Assembly (NCBI GenBank): GCA_949358305.1
Contig: OX442314.1
Span: 27,962,001 to 28,026,000 of the forward strand
Length of the DNA: 64,000 nt
Direction of reading: 5' to 3'
Origin: Strigamia acuminata
Taxonomy: Eukaryota
In this document: positions 44,401 to 52,705 of the stretch, piece by piece
Numbering within the stretch: the first letter of the stretch is position 1
How the letters are laid out: each line of letters starts with the position of its first letter
Made by a program: the position numbers and the translations under genes
Notes under the pieces: generated by a model
Database searches by the model: none
What the model saw: the letters and a program-made list of their open reading frames with translations, nothing else
Told to the model about the DNA's origin: nothing

Positions 44401-46343
44401 TCCGCGATGGCGCTGACTTTCTTTGGGTCGGCTGCCACTCCTTCTACTCCCAAACTAAAGCCAAGAAATTTTAGCTGCTTTCTACAAAACTTTGATTTCT
44501 CCGGATTTACATGCAAGTTTGCTTTTTCTAACTTCTTCAGCACTGAATTTAGATGTTTCATGTGCTGTTCGTATGTCTGTGAAACTATGACGATGTCATC
44601 TAAGTAAGCCCATGCGTAACTATGGAATGCATCTCCTAAAACTTTCTCAATTAAGCGTTGAAATGTAGTAGGCGCATTTACCAATCCAAATGGCATTACA
44701 TTAAACATCAATCTCCCAATGGGACTCCAGAAGGCTGTCTTTGGCCGATCCTCTGGCCGTAGTTCGATTTGCCAGTAGCCTTTGGTCAAATCGATTGTGG
44801 AAACCCATTGGAATTCGCCAAGTTCTCGTAGTATTTCTGTTATCGTCGGCATTTGTGGTGGGTCATAGCGGGTGTGCTCATTAATTGGCCTGTAATCGAT
44901 ACAGAGTCTTGGGTCTGACCCTGCCTTCGACACTAGCACAATCCTTGCTGCATAATCTCCCTCTGCCTCCGACACGTAGCCTTTGTCTTTTAATTCTTGA
45001 CACATTTGTCGCAAAATTTCCCTCTTCTGCGGATTCCAGCTTCGAAAGGGCACTCTAATTGGTCTTTCTGTGTCCAATTCGATGGAATGCTGCAGAATGT
45101 GCGTTCTGCCGGGCGTTTTTGTCAGAATTTTCTCATATCTTTTTAGCACTGTTTCCAATTGCGCGGCTTCATTCAATTGAAGCTTCGCTTCTTCGACTAA
45201 ATTCGACACTCCATTTCCTACTTTAAGTCGAGCTTGAAATGCTGCAAAATTCGAGTCTTTCTTGAATGTGCGATAAGTTGATTCAGCATGTTCTTTTTTC
45301 TTTTCTAGTCGATCTAGCACTTCTTGTGGAACATATTCGCATGGAATTTTAAAATTGGTGACAAAGTTCCATTTTCCTGTGACGGGGTTCGGTTGTACTC
45401 CCATTTGTCTCATGATGTCGTTGCCCATTAATACAAATTTTACTTCATGAGGCAGCACCAGAAATGAATGAATCATTGCCCCATGCGACCATCGAAAAGG
45501 TATTCGTATTGAACCCAGGGGTTGCACCTTCTTATCTGCGGTGTTTATTGCCATGTTGGGTCTTACTTTAGTAACAAACTTCTCCATTCCCAATGCTCGC
45601 ACTACAGGCAATGAAATGCAGCTCCGATTCGCACCTGAATCCAAATTGGTCATTACACTCCCGTGTTCCGTCACAATCTCCATTGTCGTCATATTTTCCA
45701 AAATTTCGTCTTCAGGTATTATGACCTTAAAAACTCTTACTCTTTGTGGTATTGACGGAAGTTTGGTCATTTCTTCAATACATGCGTCTACATCTGTCCA
45801 CGTGCATGGTGCTTCCATCACGTGAGCTTCGATAGTTGGCTCATTTTCAAAATTTTCCTTCACTTTCGACCAAAACACTAAAGCTTCATTTTCTTCTACT
45901 AGTTTTACTTCTTTTAACACTTCGTAAACTTTCTCTTTAAAAAATGATTCACCAGCGTTTATTGTCTCTTTAATTTTCGTCAAAAGTGATAATTCTGTCG
46001 GTGGAAACTGTATTCCGACAATTTGACCTTCCTTCATTGTATAAATTATCTCACCCTTCTTTCTCATAGTTCCAATGGCTTCTGGAGGGGTCAAAACCAT
46101 TTTCAGTGGGGCTACGCTGAATGGGGCGACAAATAACTCTTCCATCCGACATTCCTCTGTTATGGCCAGTTCCGAAATTTTTTCTGGCGCGAGTTCCTCT
46201 GGCCGTGCAGGAATCGCGCTTACATGTTTTTTAGGCATTCCGTCAATGTACGAATTGCCTTGCGCATCTCCTCTTTGGATACTGGCTTGGGCGGCTGCGT
46301 GCATTGTCTCGCCCAATGTCCTATTTGACCACAGTTGTGGCAA
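41457..46343 (-). CDS. pol: Gypsy B Pol (protease, RT, RNase H, integrase, long acidic tail)
   Basis: LDSGA, YLDD, TDAS, HGHPLASH...CTRC, SDNGPQF...VERLN, GPY. -1 frame relative to the 3' gag part. About 250-aa E/Q-rich C-terminal tail with a duplicated VETQLQ unit. Confidence 0.97.
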   Translation of the reverse strand: MPQLWSNRTLGETMHAAAQASIQRGDAQGNSYIDGMPKKHVSAIPARPEELAPEKISELAITEECRMEELFVAPFSVAPLKMVLTPPEAIGTMRKKGEIIYTMKEGQIVGIQFPPTELSLLTKIKETINAGESFFKEKVYEVLKEVKLVEENEALVFWSKVKENFENEPTIEAHVMEAPCTWTDVDACIEEMTKLPSIPQRVRVFKVIIPEDEILENMTTMEIVTEHGSVMTNLDSGANRSCISLPVVRALGMEKFVTKVRPNMAINTADKKVQPLGSIRIPFRWSHGAMIHSFLVLPHEVKFVLMGNDIMRQMGVQPNPVTGKWNFVTNFKIPCEYVPQEVLDRLEKKKEHAESTYRTFKKDSNFAAFQARLKVGNGVSNLVEEAKLQLNEAAQLETVLKRYEKILTKTPGRTHILQHSIELDTERPIRVPFRSWNPQKREILRQMCQELKDKGYVSEAEGDYAARIVLVSKAGSDPRLCIDYRPINEHTRYDPPQMPTITEILRELGEFQWVSTIDLTKGYWQIELRPEDRPKTAFWSPIGRLMFNVMPFGLVNAPTTFQRLIEKVLGDAFHSYAWAYLDDIVIVSQTYEQHMKHLNSVLKKLEKANLHVNPEKSKFCRKQLKFLGFSLGVEGVAADPKKVSAIAEFPPPTNLTELQRFLGMVNFFHRLLKNLATIAEPLRPLLKKGVNFEWKEEHQTAFDQIKLLLTDSKTMMLPDLNKPLIVHTDASKKGLGAALMQEKEIDGQMIEVPCVYISRSLQQAENNYSATDLECLAVIWALRKFRAYLEFTSFTVQTDHQALRWLMRLEEPAGRLARWQMELMSYNFQIRYIKGPANVLADAMSRAPVDLPENDEDSGEADGDTSYCPTGSSHWKFKNWNQLPVQEEKPSSDDQFVAHWCNVYNVGEAHSEVEKEEEEWQYLPSTKNEMISAFIAKVTDQMDCHPPTRQDFIDHQIADKQCQRIRHYLETQQFPPHITTRLQRRKFCKRTSQHILEEGLLMRYHPTITDEFDDSNRALKVVVPKSLKHRVLWLMHGHPLASHCGISRTMYRIKQIYTWESMKADVSRFIRHCTRCQACKPRKKTTTESANIGPYAPFECLSADLTGPKPRTKEGNNYIFVVIDMATRWPILFPMDGPTAQLVADCICDVSMDWGFAQKIISDNGPQFKAAFYKEFCKKYKMTPKFTSPYHPQANPVERLNRDIKYIIAIFTSIHNRWDEFLREIAFSIRTTDTRGRGYSPAYLNCAREFRIPWVPRILDGMLKIDPDRPEIYVQKLERIISDTYQHMQAHITDLRERVEDHRLDSKFENFRVNDLVWRENHALSRAARGFSASIADKRTGPYVITQVHQGGAVKLRRLKDNKVFTSIHTSELTPYFPEFNQEIWVEGQTESNPDAEVINTLLDDIPPTKEIVQENTGISEDTSQLENEIRVQKDTEIQENAQISEENAQTELESPENINKGDEVETQLQVPPVDVAQNQAKQPESRNEENGKVETQLQMLPEDVAQVQAHSQKQKDVEIQNDEDRMQSEQEKMQAQDNAETQNEESSLGAENVAEKENSILFPLKDFFGGEEQLRSLQKRGEEWSGKEKRKNKYKNLLKTSPREKKTASKYTLRDRAKLKAPSKLRD

Positions 46344-47089
46344 GGTGAAGTTTCGGGCGTTAATTTGACACGTGGAGTTGCTTCAGGCATCTCTTCCGCT
46401 TTTCCAGTGTCAACTTTGGCCGGTTGCTTATCTTCCTCGGTGGGTTTAGCTGGCTCAGGCGGCATTGACGTCACCATTTCTTGCGGTGTCTTTCTTATGT
46501 CCACCCTAGCGGCTTTCTTTGTTGGCGTTATCGTGTCTGGTACAGATTTTGGTTGAGTGGGCGGTTGATACTTCGGCGCCGTTGCATTACTTTTTGTAAA
46601 GAATGCTTGAGCTGCTTCTATCAAGTCGTCCACATCCTGTCGCGTTGGCAAGTTCATCTGATATAAAGTGTGTCCAGTTGGTTCACCGTCGTCGTCCACG
46701 TCATGCACCCATTTTGCTGATGGTGTCATCGGAACTCTGGGTGGTGGGTGTGGTGAAGCTCCCGAACCTCTTGCCGTTATTACTTTAGTTTCCTTTTGAT
46801 TGGCCTGAAATCTTGAGCGAGGCTGCATCATTTTGGAGTTTGCTCTGGTGAATTCCAGTTGCTGTTGTAAGAAGTCCTTTCGCGCTTCTTGTTCCATAAA
46901 TGGCAGATATTTTAAAAATGTTTCATCAATCAATTCTTGATTATCTCTAAGGAATTCTGCTAACTTCTTGAATGAACTTTCCACTGGTACGTGTGTGGTT
47001 AAAAGAACACTTTTAGAATACTCTGTTAGTCCTTTTCGAAACTGTCTGTCTATTGTCGAATCACTCTGATGATCGGGCAAACGTTTCAC
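46220..47089 (-). CDS. gag: Gypsy B Gag, 3' part (capsid end and CCHC zinc knuckle)
   Basis: FRKGL capsid motif, CHNCGQIGHWARQC knuckle, and an A AAA AAC slippery heptamer (46226-46232) just before the stop. Confidence 0.85.
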   Translation of the reverse strand: MKRLPDHQSDSTIDRQFRKGLTEYSKSVLLTTHVPVESSFKKLAEFLRDNQELIDETFLKYLPFMEQEARKDFLQQQLEFTRANSKMMQPRSRFQANQKETKVITARGSGASPHPPPRVPMTPSAKWVHDVDDDGEPTGHTLYQMNLPTRQDVDDLIEAAQAFFTKSNATAPKYQPPTQPKSVPDTITPTKKAARVDIRKTPQEMVTSMPPEPAKPTEEDKQPAKVDTGKAEEMPEATPRVKLTPETSPCHNCGQIGHWARQCTQPPKPVSKEEMRKAIRTLTECLKNM

Positions 47090-47096
47090 TAACTCC

Positions 47097-49499
47097 TCAG
47101 TTCTCTTTACCTGGCATTTGGTGCAAATCGTCCCAATATTTCATTAAAGTCTCTCCAGACTCGCCATATTCTTTGATGAATCCTGCTGCAAATTTATCCC
47201 AATTTGTAAATCTACTTTCGCAAAACCAATCTGCTGCTCCTCCCGTTAATGCCTTTGGAATTATTCTCTCCAATGCATCTTGTGGATCGGCTCCATGGCT
47301 CCTTGCCAATCTTAGAATTTCATCCAGAAATTGTGTTCCTGCTAACCAACTGCCGTCAAACAAATCTGGATTTATTCTATCCCACTTAATTTCACTTGCT
47401 CGCACTATGCGATGTACCCAATTGACTGCGCAATATTTTCTAATTTTCTTCTGCAAAGCTGCTTCCATTGCCTTTTGTCTTGCAGATTTTCCTGTCAACC
47501 CTTCTTGAATCTTGTCTGAAATAAATTTTTCTAGCCATTCTCTCCCCAACTGTGCATCTTGATCGTCGTCATGCATTGATCCGCCTTGTCTCGATCTTGA
47601 CCGACTGTGACTCTCCCTTGAGCCTCTACTTCTGTCTCTTGACCTGCTTCGATCGTGGCTCGAGTGATTCCTGTCCTGTCGATCACGATAAGAACCTCCC
47701 GGTGGTGGACCTCTGTCCCGACCTTGATCATGCTGTTGACGTGAGTTTCGTCCTTGGTAGTTCTGTTCGTTTTCTCTGTAAGAACCCCACTCGCTTCGAC
47801 TTTGGTCGTAATTTTGACGAGAATTTTCTTCATTTCTGCCTCTTTCAAAAGGTTGACCCGTCCTAATATGTTTACGAGGTTCTCTTTCGCGCTCTGGCGA
47901 ATAATCACTTTCTTCGTGAAATTGTGCACCTCTTCCAGCTCCATGCTCGGGTGAATACTTCCTTTTTTCACGATTCTCAGCTGACTGTGCAGTGAAAGTA
48001 ATTCCTCGTCCTCCACTTGTGTTGTCTAGGTTCACATTCCCTTCTCTATTCGCATCAAGTTGATCTTTTAATAATTCTTTGCTCAAGTTTTTCGGATAAT
48101 CGCTTTTGTAATCCGTTCCTTCTGTTTCAGACCGCTTCCCTTGTCTTGACGGATCTCCCGGATTGCACTTATCTTTTCCTGGTGTGTTATATTTCTGATT
48201 TCGTTGATCAATAACATTCAGCAAATCTTTATTTCTCGTGGGTGAAGCTGTTAATTTTTTGTCGTCTGGTGGAATTATTCCACTCACCTTCCCCCTTTTG
48301 ATTGGAGCTGACGAGTCTTCAATCACAAATTCTGTAGGAACTTCTTGTTGCGACTGAGAATACTGTAATTGCGCCAAATATTTCATTTCTAATAAAGCTT
48401 GCTTTGCTCTCTCTGCTTCTTCTTGAGCTTCGAGCGTCGTTCTGCGCAAATAATCGTTCTCATCTTGCACGGCTGTTTCCAATTTGGCTCTTTCTGCTTG
48501 GACGCGCTTACGTTCTGTTTCTACACGTATTCGCTCAACTTCTATCTTCTTTCTTTCTTCCAGAAGGTTTTCGTCCATTTTTCGCATAGCTTCCCTATGG
48601 CGCAAATCATCATCTTCCATCCTTTTCTTATCTAATAGCACTTGTCTCGTCATTTCTCTTTGCACATCCGCAAGTCGAGTTTTCCCGATATCCATTTGTT
48701 TCGTGATTTCGTTTTGTGCATCCGCAAGTCGAGCCTTTTCGACGGCCATCTGTTCCTGCACGTCTTTTAGCTGTTTATCTAATGCTAATTTGATTTGTTC
48801 ACGATCTTTACGATGTTTTCTCGCATGACGATCTTCCATGTGATACTGCTTTATCAGCTGATCCTCTTGCAACCGTAATCCGTGAAATTCTTTTGTTCTC
48901 CTCTCAGCATCTTCTACTGCTGCCGTTGCATCTGCTTGTGTTAGCGGTACGCCTTCTTCATATCTTCGTGCTGTATCGTCAACTGCATCTTGTGTCTCAT
49001 TAAACAATTGCTGCATCCGAAATCTAACTTCACGTAAAAGTTCACGTGTTGGTGACGTTGTCCCCGACGTGGAAATGCTTCTACTGGACGTTGGCGTCGC
49101 ACATCGACTTTCCAGTTCCTTCACACGTTTTCTTGTCGCCCTGACCATTGCCAATAACTCTTCCTTTGACCATTTATCATACGGCTTACTGTCTTTGGAC
49201 TTCACACTACTCGCTCGTGAATGTGTTGGAGTCACGTTATCTTCTTGCCAAAATTCAGTGGTTTTGGTAGGTGTCAGCGCAACATCTTTTTGAGTTTCTC
49301 CCGTCTGCATATCTTGCGTTAGTAAATTTGGCGACTGTTGTCCGCCCTCTGCGTGTCCATGTTCAGACTCAGTGGACGGTGTACGAGAGGGCATGAAAAA
49401 ACATTCAGCGCCGTCCGCACCTGTCGCTCTTCCTCGCGTCTTTGCACGACGTGAAGTACTCGCACCTCGTTGACGTGTTCTGTCTTTCTTCGGTGGCAT
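47097..49499 (-). CDS. gag: Gypsy B Gag, 5' part (coiled-coil, RS-rich, start of capsid domain)
   Basis: 800-aa ORF whose C-terminal region is capsid-like (FDGSW...ALTGGAADWF...WDKFAAGFIKEY). Continues in the +1 frame. Confidence 0.85.
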   Translation of the reverse strand: MPPKKDRTRQRGASTSRRAKTRGRATGADGAECFFMPSRTPSTESEHGHAEGGQQSPNLLTQDMQTGETQKDVALTPTKTTEFWQEDNVTPTHSRASSVKSKDSKPYDKWSKEELLAMVRATRKRVKELESRCATPTSSRSISTSGTTSPTRELLREVRFRMQQLFNETQDAVDDTARRYEEGVPLTQADATAAVEDAERRTKEFHGLRLQEDQLIKQYHMEDRHARKHRKDREQIKLALDKQLKDVQEQMAVEKARLADAQNEITKQMDIGKTRLADVQREMTRQVLLDKKRMEDDDLRHREAMRKMDENLLEERKKIEVERIRVETERKRVQAERAKLETAVQDENDYLRRTTLEAQEEAERAKQALLEMKYLAQLQYSQSQQEVPTEFVIEDSSAPIKRGKVSGIIPPDDKKLTASPTRNKDLLNVIDQRNQKYNTPGKDKCNPGDPSRQGKRSETEGTDYKSDYPKNLSKELLKDQLDANREGNVNLDNTSGGRGITFTAQSAENREKRKYSPEHGAGRGAQFHEESDYSPEREREPRKHIRTGQPFERGRNEENSRQNYDQSRSEWGSYRENEQNYQGRNSRQQHDQGRDRGPPPGGSYRDRQDRNHSSHDRSRSRDRSRGSRESHSRSRSRQGGSMHDDDQDAQLGREWLEKFISDKIQEGLTGKSARQKAMEAALQKKIRKYCAVNWVHRIVRASEIKWDRINPDLFDGSWLAGTQFLDEILRLARSHGADPQDALERIIPKALTGGAADWFCESRFTNWDKFAAGFIKEYGESGETLMKYWDDLHQMPGKEN

Positions 49500-49608
49500 T
49501 GTTAGTCAAGAAAATGACAGAGAAGAAAGAAACAGACTTTTAATGCTAAAATAATAAAAGATGGAGGTCCCTCAGTTAATTCAAAACTTTTTAAGGTTCA
49601 AATCTAAA

Positions 49609-49621
49609 GGCCAGGCCCCCA
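49609..49621 (-). promoter_or_regulatory. Primer-binding site, imperfect tRNA-Pro-like
   Basis: - strand TGGGGGCCTGGCC next to the 5' LTR; the tRNA-Pro PBS is TGGGGGCTCGTCC. Confidence 0.55.
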
Positions 49622-49623
49622 AG

Positions 49624-51070
49624 TGTTGTGATCCCAAATGACACCTTTGCAAATGAGATGCAACGGGTTGCCACGACGGGTCTTATCAAAACCTGAATAT
49701 TCTTCTAATATTCTAAAACAAATAACTTCACAAATGAGGAGAAATATTAATGTTTAAATTAATATTCCTTCTCAGACTAAACTCACTAATAAAATCTGAC
49801 TTATTAATAAAATACACTTTACTTGCTTGAAATGAATATTTGTTATTTATTCGGGGAAAATTGGGTTAATTATACAAATAATGCGTAATTTAAACAATAC
49901 TACTTAAAATAATCGAAATGTTAGTAATAATGGAAAATGAGGAAAACAATCTTCTCCCACGGCGTGGCTGGCTTGTCGACGTCGCGCTTCTCCTTATTAT
50001 TACGAATGGCGTCAAATAACACTCGCAAAGGCGAGAATAGTGCCGGGAAATCCGGAAAGGACGTGCTTTCGCACTATTCAACACTACTCACGTCCTCTGC
50101 TAACTCCTCCGCAACGGTCAGTGGTTTGGGTAATTTCTCGGGCTTGAGAAATTCCTTGGCGGCTGGTCGTCGTGGTTCGTCTCGGGCGGCGTCTCGCAAT
50201 TCGGGTCCCGTAATGGCACCGTAAGCTGCGGCGATGTCGTCCGTCTCGCGTACGTCTCACACAGTAGATTCGACTCAAAGTTCCCGTGAAACACGGTTTA
50301 CCAAGAGTCAAAACTCTTCTTGATTCAACGCTCAAGGTGGCGCCCGCTTGTTAAAGTCCAAGGCTAAGACTCCCTTGCTCTGAGTGCAAAGATAAACTCC
50401 CAAATTGTTACACACAATTTGGCTTCAAAACTCTGAAATCTCAACTCAAACTGGCTGTTTGAGCAAGATAAATCTAGCTATTGAATCCCAAATAGCAAGA
50501 CAAAATCTAGCCAAAGAATCCCTGTTGGCAAGATGACACCTAGCTGCTTAACCCTATCAGCAAGGTGAATCCAAATTCCTTTGGTGCAGGATAATCACAA
50601 TCATATTATTACTGGGTTTGTAGAAACACTGGAGCAAAATATGACATGACTGGTACTGGTGAAAAGGAGACTTGAACTGAAGTTTGGCTGAGAATTCTCC
50701 CAGCATCCAAACCTCTAGATTGCCACATAACTCCTTTTAAGCAAGGTGTATTGCTTCATAGCTCCCATCCAGGGAACAGGATGTACGTCCTGTGCTGCAT
50801 CCAGGGCTGGTTGTCATGCCATCCAAGCAGGTGATCCAAGTGACTCAAAATTATGCAATATGGTGTAATAAAGAGATCATTGTTTATAATTAAAATATCA
50901 CATTAAATTCTTTATTCTTTTCTTTACAATGATTAAACATTTGGGAAAAACGATGTGATTACTCTGAATAGTTCTCAATTTAGTCCAATAAATATAAAAC
51001 ACGATTGAATATATATAAAAACACTTGAAAAACCCTTTTCTGACCCCTAGTGACCATCCTGGCCACTACA
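49624..51070 (-). repeat. Gypsy B 5' LTR
   Basis: 1447 bp, offset 12752 from the other LTR. Confidence 0.97.
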
Positions 51071-52061
51071 GTACGATGTTCTGAAACATAAATACGAATC
51101 AAACTGCACGTTCAGTTTGATAAAAATCCCGATCACCACGGCTGCTTACTACATGTTTAAGAAAAAATCAAAATATGTAGACTTATTTAATCAGAAGTAA
51201 GTATTTGCACGAACAAATTTACAACGATTTTAAAATTAAACTTCCGTAATTCATTTCAGTATTTTGAAGTTAAAAGAAAGAGGAATCATAAAGAAACTTA
51301 CCGATAAGTACAAAACAACAACCATCTGCGAAACAACAAATTATGACCAAAAACCCATTTCTATTAATCACATAATCACAGCATTCCTTATTCTCATTGG
51401 AGGAGTTTTCGGGTCCGTCATGGCATTAGTCGTTGAATTAATTTTTAGGTCCAAATTTCAACGTGGCGGCTGTGTAAACAAAATCACATAATAAGCATTG
51501 TAATACACAACAAGGTCCGGCATTGAAAAAACCTTTACAACATGAAAATTGACGGTTCCAAACCGTCACATATTTACCGATTTACCATTAACTCGCACTC
51601 TGCCAAAAACGAATAAAATTGAGACAAAAACCAATTTACTTACGAATTACGATTTTCCTTTGCTTCTCATTTTTGTGCCTCGCACGTTCACGTTTCCCGC
51701 TTGATACCGAAAATTAATTTAATTAAACGCGATTGTATTTCTATAATTTAAAAAACGTGATTTCATATTCTTGAATTAAAATGGGAATTTACCAAAATGT
51801 TACCTTACTCTGTTGTTTTTTGTCAGGACGATAAACGACAGAATAAAACATGTTTTAGGGAGGAAATTTCAAATTTTGTTACGTTTCATGTAAGAAAAAA
51901 ATTTTATTTTTAATAACGAAGTAAGCATTTCTTTATGATTTTGATTTAGATTAGATCATTGTCAGCACTTTCAGAAATATTTAGTAGAGTAACCGAGTTT
52001 TCTTCCACCTTATACTAGTATAATCACTCCACGAGACTGGGCATTTGCAAAAAATAAACAA

Positions 52062-52684
52062 TGTGACCGGCTGCCCGATCAGTCCGTTCACTTACCTGCA
52101 ACACACGGCGCTTCCACGGCTCTCGCGCACCTCGTGTGTTTCTCGCGCGCACCTGACACGGTCCCCCGCGCCAGGTGGAGCTGATGGTCGTTGGCTCCGC
52201 CAATTGGGAACCGGAAGTGCCCTTCCGGAAGTGGTCGGCCCCGCAGAAGGCCCAGAGAGTTCTCTTGCAACCAGCGTGGCGAACGGTCGCTTCCACGATC
52301 GCTCTTCCACACTGGAAACCATGACGAATCCGATTGGTTTGGCGACTCTGTCGCCCACCGGGACTTGATAGTCCGTGTTCCCCGCGCCCGTCCTGCGTTC
52401 TCCGTGAACGCAGCGACAACGCGGCCGAACAGTATTCAGACCACGCGTGTCATTTGGCCAATGGCCGCCGTGCCACGCGGTCTTGTTAGGGATGGCTGTT
52501 CCTCAGCCATCGCATTGGGAAATGCACTGTAGAGACACCACATCATACCCCTAGACATAATAAAGCTTACCTTAAACTAAACTTGTGTCTCTTGTGTATT
52601 TCGGAAGTGTATTTTATCGTGTGTGTTGTGTCCAGCGTCCCGTGGCTCTCCCCCGACCACGTGGCGTCCGTCCAAACACTCACA
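52062..52684 (+). repeat. Gypsy C 5' LTR
   Basis: Direct repeat of 62242-62864 with three substitutions seen by eye. GC-rich U3 and AATAAA near 52559. Confidence 0.97.
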
Positions 52685-52686
52685 AT

Positions 52687-52705
52687 TGTGGGCCCGTCCA
52701 GGATT
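52687..52705 (+). promoter_or_regulatory. Primer-binding site, tRNA-Pro-like
   Basis: TGTGGGCCCGTCCAGGATT versus tRNA-Pro PBS TGGGGGCTCGTCCGGGATT (16/19). Confidence 0.7.

Larger units (their letters stand above)
36872..51070 (-). mobile_element. Ty3/Gypsy LTR retrotransposon B (14.2 kb) with extra ORF(s)
   Basis: 1447-bp LTRs (TGTTG...TACA), 4-bp TSD GTAC (36868-36871 / 51071-51074), gag, pol and a 759-codon ORF3 on the - strand. Confidence 0.97.
31372..51491 (+). pseudogene. Ionotropic receptor, array copy 4, disrupted by a 14.2-kb Gypsy insertion in coding exon 10
   Basis: Exons 31372-31447, 31524-31652, 31712-31854, 34294-34464, 34768-34923, 35428-35510, 35573-35633, 35709-35967, 36030-36217, 36743-36871 + 51075-51196, 51260-51491. 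Removing the element and one GTAC copy restores a 251-nt exon 10 (NAIIHTYDVLKHKYESNC), the same length as in copies 1-3. Confidence 0.88.

Noticed and set aside
52024..52532. Several overlapping 74-131-aa ORFs in the Gypsy C LTRs (also 62189-62712)
   Set aside because: The GC-rich LTR is poor in stops in all frames; no motif, and they cross LTR boundaries arbitrarily.
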